In this document: one piece after another, positions 20,633-32,485 of the stretch
How positions within the stretch are numbered: position 1 is the first letter of the stretch
How the letters are laid out: each line of letters starts with the position of its first letter
DNA from: an uncultured virus (IMG/VR IMGVR_UViG_3300028797_000120)
Lineage: Duplodnaviria; Heunggongvirae; Uroviricota; Caudoviricetes
Strand: one strand, 5' to 3'
DNA: 58,241 nt
Virus record (IMG/VR): IMGVR_UViG_3300028797_000120
Coordinates: 62,001-120,241 of that record
Made by a program: the position numbers and the translations under genes
Notes under the pieces: generated by a model
Database searches by the model: none
Told to the model about the DNA's origin: nothing
The model's input: only the letters and a program-made list of their open reading frames with translations

Positions 20633-21788
20633 AATCTCCTCCCTCAGATCCCGTCATCCTCCTGATGAGGTCAGCGTCCGATTCTGCGTCCGACGCAAGG
20701 AACTTCGCCTTCTCGTCTGACGGAACAGGCACGGAGCCGTTCTCGACGCTGTCCTGCCAATGCCCTGCGTTAAGCCAGGTGGCCGGATAAGGGATATACA
20801 TCCCGGAATCCCTCTTCCACTGCCTGGTTCGCTTCCAGTAGGCGAGAGAATCCATCATCACGCCCATGAACACGTCCACATCCTTCTGGGACTTGATCAG
20901 CTTGGTGAAAGCCTTCTGCGCATCCTTCTTAGCGACCTTCCTCGGATACTGCTCCCAGAATATGGCGAACTTCGGCGGAATCCACGCTAGGTCATTCCGC
21001 GTATCAACCGATTTGTCTCCAGTGTCGCGACATTTTGTCGCATCTTCAGAAACCGCTCCAGAATCGCCCACGTTCGCTCCGGGCGTCAAGGCCTGCATAG
21101 ATGCCTCGCCGAGACCTTCCTGAGCGCCTGATGCCCGTTCTGACCTCAATGAGACGCACTCCATCCGTTCCGAGACATCAATATCTTGGTCAGACAGGCT
21201 GTCGGCAACAGAAAAAAGATCCTCGGAGAACTGGTCCATTTTCCCCTTTGACACAGACTTTGCCCTATTCCTTCCCGCACGTTCCGACTTTTCTAGGGGA
21301 GAGGGACACTTCTTCTCTAGGGGGATTATAGGGGGTGTCTCTTCTTCAGGGATACGGGGTGTCTTTGGTTTAGAAATTGTGTCAGAGGCTCCGAGCGTTA
21401 CAGTAACGCTGTCAACCTCGCGACTTTCACCGCATGAAACACCTGTTTTATCATCGTTTCCGAGAACTTTCTTCTTTTGTACGGAACAGTTATTAACAGC
21501 CCTGTCAGTAACGTTGTCCTTTGCCCGTTTCCTGATCTTCGCAACCCTCTCCCTCGTCATCGCACGCTGGTGCAATTTGTCACGGTAGATAAGGATTTCA
21601 GCCTCGGTTGACGGTGTCGCGAAAAAGTCAGTATCCATTGCAAGGCAACGAGTTATGCGCCCTATGTCATCATTGGAGAGATCCTTTCTTGAGACCAGTT
21701 CTCTGAAGGTCCACGGAACCCGGAAATCAGAATGAAGGATCGATTCTGGTATCTCCGGCCAGATGCTTTTGTCGTCCGTTTTCCTCAT
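20610..21788 (-). CDS. Phage replication initiator (replisome organizer)
   Basis: C-terminal FWEQYPRKVAKKDAQKAF...YIPYPATWLN domain; paired with a loader; iteron copy inside the gene. Confidence 0.8.
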   Translation of the reverse strand: MRKTDDKSIWPEIPESILHSDFRVPWTFRELVSRKDLSNDDIGRITRCLAMDTDFFATPSTEAEILIYRDKLHQRAMTRERVAKIRKRAKDNVTDRAVNNCSVQKKKVLGNDDKTGVSCGESREVDSVTVTLGASDTISKPKTPRIPEEETPPIIPLEKKCPSPLEKSERAGRNRAKSVSKGKMDQFSEDLFSVADSLSDQDIDVSERMECVSLRSERASGAQEGLGEASMQALTPGANVGDSGAVSEDATKCRDTGDKSVDTRNDLAWIPPKFAIFWEQYPRKVAKKDAQKAFTKLIKSQKDVDVFMGVMMDSLAYWKRTRQWKRDSGMYIPYPATWLNAGHWQDSVENGSVPVPSDEKAKFLASDAESDADLIRRMTGSEGGDYGGENGR

Positions 21789-21805
21789 AAATACCCGTCC
21801 AAAAC

Positions 21806-21890
21806 CGTTACAGTACGCGTTACAGTAACGCTGCTGAAAATGTTACAGTAACGCGTACAGTAACGCGTACAGTACGCGTTACTGTAACGC
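21806..21890. repeat. Palindromic iteron cluster, candidate replication origin
   Basis: Six variants of CGTTACWGTAACG directly upstream of the initiator; another copy at 21394-21410. Confidence 0.75.
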
Positions 21891-21902
21891 ATAAACCGAC
21901 TC

Positions 21903-22100
21903 CTAGCTGACGTTATCGGGATCCGCCTTTGGCTCTTTCTCTCCCTTTAAGCCCTTGACGAAAGCGTCGGCAATGGACTTAAGAGACCGGAACAAACATA
22001 AGAAAAGTTCGGACGCGATAAAGCACCAACCCTTCCCCTTTTCCCTGAGCCTACCGGCGAATACGCCGATTACGAATAAAAGAACACCAGCAACAACCAT
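21903..22100 (-). CDS. Small membrane protein
   Basis: TGGTATAAT promoter (22117-22125), GGAGG SD, hydrophobic N-terminus MVVAGVLLFVIGVF. Confidence 0.6.
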   Translation of the reverse strand: MVVAGVLLFVIGVFAGRLREKGKGWCFIASELFLCLFRSLKSIADAFVKGLKGEKEPKADPDNVS

Positions 22101-23424
22101 AAAACCTCCGGACTCAATTATACCAACCCGAAAATGTACGTCCGAGCATAATGAAATTGTTAACAAGATGTTAATTTCCTGTTAACAAAGCCATGTCAGC
22201 CATTAACCGCATTCTCAAAGATACATGTCATGGATAACGTCCGACGCGTGGGACACGCTGAGACCTCCATCAAGATATGCATCGACAGCGACTCCTGCCG
22301 CAGACCTGGCCGACACACTTCCGTTTGACCCGTGGACGCACATAATTACGATCCTGAACAGCCTTTCCGAATCGTCCGTCAGGCACTTTCTAGCTCTCGC
22401 GGATCTCATCCTGTTCCTGGCTCCGCGTATGGCCATGTCAAGCTCATACGCGGCTAGAACATCTTCAGGACGGACGTCCCTCGATACAAGTTCCCTTGCC
22501 TCCGAGAGGGACGATTCATAAGTGACCTTACCCTTTGCCATAAAGATCCTCTCCGACGACCTCAGCATAACGCTGAAGGATATCGATAACACGGTCTGTA
22601 AGCTCACTGCTCCTTGAAATGATAACGCCCCCGCCCGTGCTGTTTTGCTTTCTAACCATCACGATTGCGGACTGATTCATGAGTCTTTCTGCGATACCAG
22701 CAGCCGTGTCTGCAAGAACTATGTCCCGATCTGTTAGCGACATTTACCCTCCTCGTCAACCTTCCTGTCGGCGTACGACGCGATGTGGCAATACTCCCCA
22801 GAACATCTCACGTGGATTTTAACGGACAGATCCTTGATTTCGCACTCCATGTCGAAATCTCCGTCCCCGTCATAATCAAGACCGTACTGGAAATGGGTTC
22901 CTTTCTTGATCTTATCAAGCGTCCTTTTACTCAGGACGAACTTCCTGAGCGCCAACGCCGCAGGCTTTTCACCTATGATAGTCTCTCTGTCCATGAAATG
23001 GCAGAAAGACCTGGACCTGTTGTCGCACAGCCTGACTCCGAACGCCGCCGTATGCGAGCGAGGATCATTGAGCATCCCGAAGTTCATCGCCTCGTTAATT
23101 GAAAGATCCTCTACCTTCCTTATCCTCTTCTTTTTTTCCGTGTTTTTCTTTCCGTCTTTACTTTCGGACATACCAAACTCCTTTCCGTCCCTCACGTTGT
23201 CGCAGAAAATCTCCACGTCCTCCGTTCCGCAGAACTCAAGCGACCCAGCTATCCTTCTCCTCTCCGCAACGCGCCTGAGCGCATCGTGCGTAAGCCTTCT
23301 GTCGGAGAATACGGTCGTACGGTACTTGCATGTCTCAACGACGACCATGCCGTACGCGAACCGTCCGCTTTTCGCGCTGTCCGCCTTTCCTTTCCTGTTC
23401 GACACCATCATAGCCTCCGTTACG

Positions 23425-24798
23425 TCACAAGCCGATACCTTCAAGAGACGACTCGCACATTGCGGCCGCCGTCATTACCGGAACGCTGTTTCCGATCAGC
23501 CTTACCTGTTCCGAGCGGTTGCCCTTCAGGATATAATCCTTCGGGAAACTGTGGGCTGACGCAAGCTCGGAAGGCTTCAGCATCCTGATCCTTATATCAA
23601 TCAGCCTTCCGTCGTCAAGAACGGGGAACACTCCCCTGACAGCACCCGAAGTCGCTATGGTAGGACACGGGAAGTCAACCGGCCTGCACACGGATCCACC
23701 GTGCTGGCCGAGGACTAGAGGAGTCACCATGCTGAACCTGTCATGCGTCGTCTGGGCGCCTATCGGTATGCTTCCGTCCATCGCCTTTCCACCCCTTGTG
23801 TGGTCTATCACTATAGGCTGGCACAGCATGTGACACCCTCCCGAGGTAGTAACGGTCGAGCACGGCATGTCGATGTCCTCCACAGTGCTGTTGTTCCTCA
23901 GCTTCACGATGAACGGACGGACGATCATTGTCCTGTTCCCGCCCGCATGCTGTGTCCGCATAGGTGAATCCAAAGACAAGACTCGTCCTTCGTGCCCTTC
24001 CCCGCACCCAACTATATCAAGCTGGAAATCAAGGCCGTTGAATTTCTTCAACCCAACCATGATACGATCAAGCGTCTTACGTGCGAGAGGCTTCTTCCTC
24101 TCGAAGATGCTCGTTCCAAGGTCCGACATGTCCAGGCATTCTCTTATGCCCCTCCATTTTTTCAGATTAGTTGTGAACAGGGAGGCATAAGGATCCTTTG
24201 CGTGTGTCGGATTCGGCCATACGATCTTTCCGTACCCGCGCCTGACAGCCTTTAGGAAGAACCTCCTGCGAGTCGTTGCGTCTCCGTAGTCCGCACAGTT
24301 AACGATTCTCCAATCGACATCATAATCCCTTGATATTATGTCGTTAATCCATGCCTTGAAACACGAACCAGCCTTCTCCTTGATAGGCTTCACTTTCTCG
24401 TCAAGAGGGCCCCAATTCAAGAACTCAGGAACGTTTTCCACAATGAAAGAATCGACGAACAGTTCATCAAGCCAATACGTAACGAACTCAGGCTGTGAAC
24501 GAAGCTGGTCGTTCCTTGGCCTCCCTCCGAGAGCCCGGCTGAAGTGCGTGCATGTCGGGCTGGCCCACATCAGTTCAACCCTTCTTCCGGGAACAAGAAC
24601 TGAAGGCCTCGCGCTCTCGATCGACATACATCTCGCGTCGATGTCTCTGTGATTAGCGGACATTGTTGCGATCGCTGTTTCACAGTGGTTTATGGCTACG
24701 CCTCGGTGCCATATACCCCTCCTCCTCAGTGCGACCTCCATTCCTGTGGAAGATCCGCCACCTCCGCTGAAAAGATCCACAGTCGTTATGATTATCAC
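23425..24798 (-). CDS. DNA (cytosine-5) methyltransferase
   Basis: DLFSGGGG, ASPTC, VENVPEF, RRRFF and IGNSV motifs; GTG start at 24798 after AGGAGG. Confidence 0.92.
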   Translation of the reverse strand: MIIITTVDLFSGGGGSSTGMEVALRRRGIWHRGVAINHCETAIATMSANHRDIDARCMSIESARPSVLVPGRRVELMWASPTCTHFSRALGGRPRNDQLRSQPEFVTYWLDELFVDSFIVENVPEFLNWGPLDEKVKPIKEKAGSCFKAWINDIISRDYDVDWRIVNCADYGDATTRRRFFLKAVRRGYGKIVWPNPTHAKDPYASLFTTNLKKWRGIRECLDMSDLGTSIFERKKPLARKTLDRIMVGLKKFNGLDFQLDIVGCGEGHEGRVLSLDSPMRTQHAGGNRTMIVRPFIVKLRNNSTVEDIDMPCSTVTTSGGCHMLCQPIVIDHTRGGKAMDGSIPIGAQTTHDRFSMVTPLVLGQHGGSVCRPVDFPCPTIATSGAVRGVFPVLDDGRLIDIRIRMLKPSELASAHSFPKDYILKGNRSEQVRLIGNSVPVMTAAAMCESSLEGIGL

Positions 24799-25135
24799 CG
24801 AAATCCTCCTAAAGGAGCTTAACCATAATGATCCCAAGAATGATAGCAGTGGCTATAACTTCTATAGCCTCAAGCGTGTTTGGGCCGATGTCCACCTCTT
24901 CTCCTCCTTTCCACATCTGAACCTCCGTTGAAGATTTCCCTCCCGTCGTCTATGCGGTCGATCAGATAGAGATACGTACCGCACTTTACAAGCAGGGCGC
25001 TATCTCCCCAGTAGCGTTTCCTCATTCCCCTGATGCTTGCGTTTGGTCCGGTGCTCGCTATCGAGTTGGACTCAAGCCAACGGAGCATCAGATCAGTGCT
25101 CTTCCGATATATCGTTCTTCCTTTTTTATCAGTCA

Positions 25136-25513
25136 TCACTCGATCTCCAGAGAGAACCTTCTGCCGTCGCGCTTATAGGACGTGAACTGCTCGATGTCCT
25201 CGTCCTTCACACCGAACTTGGCGAAGATTCCGTCATAGTCGACTGACTTCGTGACGTTTCCAGGAAGCCACGTCGCGATTACCCCGCAGGATCCGACAAT
25301 CTGCTCACCCGAACCCATGGCGTTCATGATCTCTCCCTTAAGGATGGAAGCCTTAAGCTTAAGGGCGTCGATATCGCGGAGAACTGACAGGAGATCCCTC
25401 GCCTTCTTCTCAAGCTCTCCAGTCGCATTGACCGTCTTCCCTGGCTCAACCTCTTTGTATTTAGCCTTCGCCTTCTTCTCAAGTTCGCTCTCAGTCTTCT
25501 CGTGTTTCATCAT
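25136..25513 (-). CDS. Hypothetical protein (weak resemblance to YqaJ-type C-terminal domain)
   Basis: Coiled segment followed by IATW...KSVDY...RRFSL. Confidence 0.5.
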   Translation of the reverse strand: MMKHEKTESELEKKAKAKYKEVEPGKTVNATGELEKKARDLLSVLRDIDALKLKASILKGEIMNAMGSGEQIVGSCGVIATWLPGNVTKSVDYDGIFAKFGVKDEDIEQFTSYKRDGRRFSLEIE

Positions 25514-26282
25514 TTTCTCCTTTCAGTTTCCATTGACGTTTTCTCCGGACTCCAACCTGCACGCTATGATCGCGACAGATCCGTTTCGCCGGTCACTCAT
25601 AATCCAAACCCTCGTCTTCGATATCCACGTTCACCTCCGTGCCTCCGATGACGGATGACACAGCCTTCATTATCCTTCCCGCGAGAGATTCCTGACTGCA
25701 TTCAGACGCTATCCCGTCTATAATCCTCATGGTGAAGAAAATATCAGCCGCATCCCTGCATTCCTGGCACGACGCCACATCACCGCAAGGGCGCCCTCCT
25801 CGTCCAGCCCTGCATGAAGACATACGGAAAGGCGCGTATCCGCGCAGAGCCCTTGCGGCCTCTGACTGGACTTTCTTACTGATGAAATAAGTAGGAGACA
25901 TCCCTTCCAGGAAAGCCCGCTTCGACCCTATAGAGTCTCCTGGGCGAACGAAGAAAAACTCCCCTGTCACCTCTGCACGGATTCGTCCATCCCTTTTGTT
26001 CAGCCTTACTTGGTGCATATCCTCACCTTATCGATCTTCAGGACGATGCCTCCGTCCCTATACTCCCAAATGCCTTCGCCGACCTCGGCGACATCATCAC
26101 GGCGCCATCCGTTTTCCCTGACATCCTTGTCAATGATGTCCCTGACCCGCTCCTCGGCCTCATCGCGCGTTTCGCACACGCTGATGGATGAGACAGACAT
26201 CGGGTCCGGATCATTCGTGTTCGTGTCCACCACGACCCATACGTCAAGACCGTCTTTTTCCTCTGTATCCATAAGCCTCCAT

Positions 26283-26306
26283 AAAAAAAAGCCCCATGAA
26301 TGGGGC
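26283..26306 (-). terminator. Intrinsic terminator
   Basis: GCCCCA-TTCA-TGGGGC followed by T8 on the minus strand. Confidence 0.8.
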
Positions 26307-27707
26307 ATGTTCTAGACTTCCAGACTTCCAGGTTTCAAGATTCCCCGGTTCCTAGTTTCCGGCGCTCCTCTTCTCCCGTTCCTCTACCGCCTTCATGGCT
26401 ATCTCGTCCAGCTCCTTCGTCCTCTGCGGCAGCCTGGATCCGCACCCGGGACATATCTTGAGGCCGCGCCCCCTTCTTCCCGCCCATCCGCAGGACGGGC
26501 AGAGGTAGGCTATCTGTTTCCTCGAGTTCCAGCACCCGATATGCATCGCCATACATACCTTCGGACTTTATTCTGTGGACTACGGACTACGGCCTTGTGT
26601 CCATGGAAAAGGCAGGAGATCCGTCTTTATCCGTTATGCCTTCGAGAACAGACGCGGGAGGCTCTAAAGTCTCGCCAGCCTGCTCAAGGGCGTCGACATA
26701 CCCGAACAGCGCCTCAAACGGGATAACGTGCCGGCGCTCCGCCTTGCGCGTCTCCATCCACTTGATCCTGTGCTCACGGATGATCATCGCGAGAACAGGA
26801 AACTCGGAAAGGCTCTCCGATGAGGCGTGGCAGAGCTCGCCGACGGCGTACCCGTAATAATCCGGATAACCCATCGCGCACTCCTCGATGTAGACCGCCG
26901 CCGCCCCCAGGTGCTTCACGACGCACTCAAGACACGTCTTTCTCATTGCCCACCTCCCCTTCGTCTCCTATTGCGAATCCCTTGTAGTCTGCACTCGGAG
27001 GATAGACGCGTATCATTTTCTTCACGTAATCCCTCCACAGTGCCCCCTTGTCCGTCAGCGGAATGATCTCCATCGACACGCGCCGGCTGTCGCCGTCAAG
27101 GATAACGTCGACATCGTAGTCTACGCCCTCCTGCGGGATCAGCCTGGCGAGCGCGTCCGCAAGGATAACAACCCTCTGCTGCTGCTTGAAGGACAGTTTC
27201 CCTACGGGTATCTTCTTCCCGGAAGCGCGCTCGAGGAACCTCATTTGGATTTCCTCGACTTTCGCCTTTTCGGAGGCTTGTCGGCGACTTTCGGAAGATC
27301 GATCTCGACCTCGGAGCCTGACGGACCGCCATGGGCTGACTCATCCTGAGTCTTCCCGTCCGGACCTATCTTCGCCGCGTTCTCAATGTCCTCACGCCAC
27401 CCTTCCCTGACGGCCGCGTACTCCTCGTCGTCAAGGGAAATCTCCACGTGCGACAGGTTCGCAACGGACATCAGGGCAGCGATCGCGTCCTTCACGACGA
27501 GGGACTGGATCCTGATCCCGACAGGAGCGTCATCGAACGATTCCGAAGAGACGATGAGCTTCATCCCGACACCCATCTTCGCCGTCCTGTACGACACGGA
27601 CTTCAGCCCGTTGTAGGCCATCAGATCCGTGATCATAGTGACATACTGCACTTTCCGCGCCTCGGCGGGCGTCCCATGCTCTCCGATTGCGCGTCCAACC
27701 CTAACTT

Positions 27708-28226
27708 TCATTCCGTTTTACCTTTCACTTCCGTTTTCGTCATGACGATAATGCGCTCGGCGTCCGTCGGCTCAGCCCTCAGGCGCGCCTCAACGGCCGC
27801 GAGCGTCTCACGGTCGTCTATGTCTATCTCCTCGTCCCGGTGCTCCATGATGTAGACGTACTGGCGCCACCTGTACTTCTGCAGCCAGGTGATGAACCAG
27901 ATCGATCCCTTATGGGCCGAGTTTTTGGAGAACTTGTGGTGCTTTGGGCACAGAAGGATCCCGTTAAGCGCGTCCCACCGCATGCGCGGGTTCGTGTTCC
28001 TGCTGTCGATGTGGTGCGCGTTCAGGTAGCACGTCTTTCCGTCCGTGTCGACGTCGCCGTACTCCCTCCCGCACACCGCGCACCGGTCGCCGCCGAGAAC
28101 GCGGACCTTCTCGACCCACAGTCGCATGAGCCTGTTTCGGATCGTGGTCTTCTTCTCAAGGCGCTTCCGCTTCGGCTTCTTCGCCCTGGCCTTCCTTGAC
28201 TTTGCCCGTGATGTTCCCATTCTCAT
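27708..28226 (-). CDS. HNH/NinG-like nuclease
   Basis: CAVCG...LNAHHI...RWDALNGILLCPKHH beta-beta-alpha-metal motif. Confidence 0.75.
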   Translation of the reverse strand: MRMGTSRAKSRKARAKKPKRKRLEKKTTIRNRLMRLWVEKVRVLGGDRCAVCGREYGDVDTDGKTCYLNAHHIDSRNTNPRMRWDALNGILLCPKHHKFSKNSAHKGSIWFITWLQKYRWRQYVYIMEHRDEEIDIDDRETLAAVEARLRAEPTDAERIIVMTKTEVKGKTE

Positions 28227-28721
28227 GCGATGATTTTACCAAACCATCGCGCTAAACCTCGATTTCCCTGCTGTACGGCGCCTCGGCCATCACGATGCGT
28301 TCACAGGGAAAGTAAGTTCTAACGATCTCGGCTTTAAAGCCAGCGCTCTCGTAAATGCGGCGGAGCTCTTCAGCCGTTTCCCCGGCATAAGCGTCTGGCA
28401 GCGTCCTGAACCACACGTTCGAGTAAAGGATACCGTCCTCGACATAGCAGTTCGTCTCCGACTCATCAGCATCGAGTTCGATGGCCTTCGCTGCTGCCAG
28501 CCTTGCTACCTTGTCGCCGATGGCATGGATCTTCAGGACGCGCTTGATGTCCTCGACTCCGCGCATGCCGGAGCATCCCGCAACGTCGAGGATCTTGCGC
28601 CTGAGCCAGCGGCTCATTGAGCAATCGCGACTAAACCATGTGGACATTGCTTCCATCACGTCGCCGTCGCGGATGACGCCAAGCGCGACGTCATCAACCC
28701 AGCCGTCCGTCATATTCATTC

Positions 28722-29291
28722 CTAAGCGGTCGCTCCCCTCACGTAGCAGATTGCGATGCAGTCTCCTTTCGGAAGACCAGGGATTTTTAGGAGGTACATA
28801 GGTTCCAGCGGGGACATCGGCGACATCGGTGACTTCGTGGACTTCGTGGACTTCGTGGACTTCGTGGACTTCCGGCGTTTCGCTGGAGCGTCCTTTTTCT
28901 GAGCGTCCTTCCGGCCGCTCTTCTTCCCCGGCAGACTCCCCGCGCAATCGCAGGCGGTCCGTTTCGAAGATCCTTCTGATCGCGTCTGTGACGTCTTCCG
29001 GTTCTTTGCCTTCTCCTTCGACGGCTCCTTTTTTCGATCCGAACCGGCGGAGAGCTTTGGGGATCCGTTCGATGATTTGCAGATTCCTGCTGACATCAGA
29101 GCCTTCTTCTCCTCCCTCTCGATCATCTTCTGGCGGTACGCCTCGATCTCCTCCTTCGTCTTTTGGCTCTTCTGACGGACCGATTTCATTTCCGGCTTCA
29201 GGTCGTTGCCGTCCGCATGCGTCCCGTTTTCCGGCCCCTGATTCTGATGCCGCTCCAGTATTTCCCTCTTCGCCTCTTCCAGTACAGACAT
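28722..29291 (-). CDS. Basic low-complexity protein
   Basis: MSVLEEAKRE start after GAGGAAGAGG; KST repeats. Confidence 0.5.
   Translation of the reverse strand: MSVLEEAKREILERHQNQGPENGTHADGNDLKPEMKSVRQKSQKTKEEIEAYRQKMIEREEKKALMSAGICKSSNGSPKLSAGSDRKKEPSKEKAKNRKTSQTRSEGSSKRTACDCAGSLPGKKSGRKDAQKKDAPAKRRKSTKSTKSTKSTKSPMSPMSPLEPMYLLKIPGLPKGDCIAICYVRGATA
28813..28872. repeat. 9-bp tandem repeat
   Basis: gacttcgtg x4 plus gacatcgg-type x2. Confidence 0.9.
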
Positions 29292-29595
29292 CCTCTTCCT
29301 CCGAATTATCAGCATCCTTCGCTATCCGATCAAGCAAAACGCTTATCTCGCTTAACCTTTTCAGGACGCCTTTAAGCGCAGATATTTCTTCATCATCGTT
29401 AACTTGCACTTGGTGCCTCCGTAAGTTTGCAGACAAGGTCCTTCAGCAAAGACTCCTGCTGCGGTTTCAGTTTCGCCTCCTCGCAAACCATCCTCACGGC
29501 GTCGAAAAGCTGTCCTTTCGTGACGCCGCCGCACGCCCAAATCGCCAGACGCGCGGCGGCAAGATAGATTGCCGAATACTCTTCGCCAGAGCCCA

Positions 29596-30960
29596 CTACC
29601 CGTTCCCCTCTTCCAGCTGTTCCTGATCATCTGGCTCGGACTGACCGGGATCATCATCCTGCTCCTGATCATCCTGATCCTCAACGGACACCGCCTCCTC
29701 CTCAGGCATTGTGTACTTCGTCTCGAAGTCAAATCCGTACCCTCGGATCCTGAGCGTCTCGCGGATCTTCCTAAGCCTCTCCTCGTCGGAGTAGAGCGCC
29801 TCGACGAACTCGTCCGCGCTCTTAAATGTCTTGTCCGACACGAGAGGCGCGGAGTATCCTCCGCGAACACGGGTGATGCCCCATTTAGCTCCCTTCGGGC
29901 AGAGGAATCCTCCCGGGCGGAACGGGTTCTCTGAGCAGTTGTTGTTCTTAGGGTCGCCAAGGAAGAACTGTAGATCGGTCTCAGCCATGTTATAGCCTCC
30001 GAGGTTCTTCCTGAACAGCGTGATTGTCCTGTTCCTCGGAGCGATCTTGGACTTGAACGTCGTCAGCATCTGGCGCGAACCGAGCACTTCCTTAGTCTTC
30101 TCGTCCTTCCACGGATAATCCTTTGTATCAAGACCGATGGTAAGGGCCATGCCGATGGCGAGCTGGTTTCTTGCCGTCGCCTTCGGTCCGCCGTATCCGG
30201 CTCCAGGGCCAGTCTTGATCTCAGTCGTCTCGTGAGTTGTCAGGAACATGGTCAGCTGATGGTTATCGTAGTCTTGCTCCCTCGCTCGCATGAAACGCCT
30301 GACGTCCTTCGAGTCTCCTCCTGGCTTCTCGCTCTTGTCGAGATCAACGAAGTCACCACCGGCGTCGCTTCCTACGTTCGATAGAGAGTCAACGCCAACG
30401 ATGGAGATCTTCTTCATCTCTGGGTCGAGCGCGTCTTCCTTCGAGAACTTGCTCTTCGTCGCCCGTCCCGTCTCTGGATTGACCGTGCCTTCTCGCCCTC
30501 CATGGAGAGCCATATCGAAGGTGTCGATCTTCTTGAACAAGTCATTCAGATCGTTCGCCTTCAGATAAATGAACAGGCTAGGATCAAATCCGAACTGGGC
30601 AACGTAATCAGGAGGGTTTGGCGCGCCCTCCGTCTCAATGTGTGCGACCCATGCATTGCGGTCTTCCTGGCTGCTCCCGTGGAGCGCGCAACCATAGACA
30701 TAGTAAAGGAACGAAGACTTTCCGGCGCTGAACTTCGCCCTGAGCTGATACACCTTACCGGCCTGGAATCCCCTCGCGCCGAGCAGCCACTCCATCGCAA
30801 GACACGGACGTCCCTTCACAGGGTCTATCATGTCGATGTAGCGCATGTTCCTGTAATAATCGGTGATTGTCGTTACCGATCCCTCCGGGTCGATCCCGGC
30901 GGACTTGAATCCGCCGAGGACCGCCGCCATCAGGCTGTCAGTCTCCTTTTTCTTTGCCAT
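29596..30960 (-). CDS. RecA/UvsX-like recombinase
   Basis: GKVYQL, Walker A AKFSAGKS, HIETEG, Walker B VGVDSLS, FLTTH and KSKIAP motifs; acidic tail. Confidence 0.8.
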   Translation of the reverse strand: MAKKKETDSLMAAVLGGFKSAGIDPEGSVTTITDYYRNMRYIDMIDPVKGRPCLAMEWLLGARGFQAGKVYQLRAKFSAGKSSFLYYVYGCALHGSSQEDRNAWVAHIETEGAPNPPDYVAQFGFDPSLFIYLKANDLNDLFKKIDTFDMALHGGREGTVNPETGRATKSKFSKEDALDPEMKKISIVGVDSLSNVGSDAGGDFVDLDKSEKPGGDSKDVRRFMRAREQDYDNHQLTMFLTTHETTEIKTGPGAGYGGPKATARNQLAIGMALTIGLDTKDYPWKDEKTKEVLGSRQMLTTFKSKIAPRNRTITLFRKNLGGYNMAETDLQFFLGDPKNNNCSENPFRPGGFLCPKGAKWGITRVRGGYSAPLVSDKTFKSADEFVEALYSDEERLRKIRETLRIRGYGFDFETKYTMPEEEAVSVEDQDDQEQDDDPGQSEPDDQEQLEEGNG

Positions 30961-32485
30961 TCTCTCTCTCCTACTTACTCATTAACTATTTTGTCCACAA
31001 GCTCCTTGAGCTCGATCCTCTGATTCCCTACAATTCCTGCGACGTCGCATTTCAGCATGATCTCAACCGCCTTGAGCCTGTTCATCTTCTCAAGCTCGCA
31101 TGCGATTTTAGGTATTCCGTGCGCTATAGCCCTCAACGCGTTTTCCTCAATAACCGTCATGATTCTTCTCCTTTCTCGTTCTCTACGTAAGGCCTAAGAT
31201 AAAGGCCAGACCACCACGCGACTCTTTGTCCGTCCTCGAACTCCAGCTCACAATCAAGGATTGGCGAAAGCGCGTAACGCGGAGGCAATCCGTAAATCGC
31301 CTCCATCTCCATTCCGACCAATCCCATTTTTTCCCCTCCGTTACCAGGGTGATGCATCAGCGGATGGGTGGTAGGCGTCATCGTGACTTCTGCGACTTTC
31401 CCGATCCTGAACGCCTCGCGCCCATCTCCATCCATACCGTCGAAGTCGTTTGTGACGACCACGCGGTCTCCCTGCTCGAAGAACACCCTGCCCCGGCACC
31501 AAGCGTGCCATTCTTCGACCGTCTCCCTGTATTTGTCCCGGTCCTCCTGCTTGAAGCATTCGGGCAGTTCGGGCCTCATGTCAAGGAGCCACAGCATCTT
31601 TTTCTTTGACAAACGCCTGATCATTACTACTCCACGATCTCGATGAGACCTAGCTCCGCGCACCTCTTCTCCTGGTCGTCATCCATATCGAAGTCGTCGA
31701 TAGACCAGTTCTCATTCTCATTGAACATACTCAGGTCATCCGACAGATGGCAGTCCTGTCCGTTGGCGTCCGTCCATACGAGTAGATCCCCGTCCGACGC
31801 CCTGAGCAGGTATGTCGTACCCGAATAGGTGTTGCTGTGGTTGTAGTGGTCGTGCTTACCGAGAACCTCGCACTTCAAGGTGTCGTACCGTTTTCCGTTG
31901 ATCGTTGCCTTCATATCCTTCTTTTCTTCCCTTACTACTTGCTTGCCAGAATGTTTGTCGCCGTCGTGATGACAAACATGAGAATCAGAAACAACGCGAT
32001 TTCTCCGTCCATTTTACCTTCCCCACCTTATCCATAGCTTCATTTTACCTTCTCCTTATCCTCTACGGTTACTTCGCTCGGAGCGAACATGTCGCACAGT
32101 CCGGATGCCTTAACGTACAATGATCCTGAGACAAACGGGTGAATGCACTCATATACGCCCTCATTGACATGAAAGGCATGCAGGCACGACATGCAGCACT
32201 CTCCCATCTGTCTCAACCTGAACTTCTTCGCGAACAATTCAGCCTTCATGTTTCCTCAACACGGCAGTCTTCGCCTCCGCGAATTCTGATATGAAGTCAT
32301 AGTACTCCATGTTTTCTCTCCCGATCTCTTTCTCCTTCTTGCGGTAAGCCTCCTCAGCCTCAATCGCCTATGGGATGATGTAGTCTTGGATCGCATACTG
32401 TCTTGTAGACCCACCAACATAGAGGAGACCCTGAAGCTCCTCAAGCTTCTCGAACGCGATCTCAATCGCGTTTTCGACCACGTTT

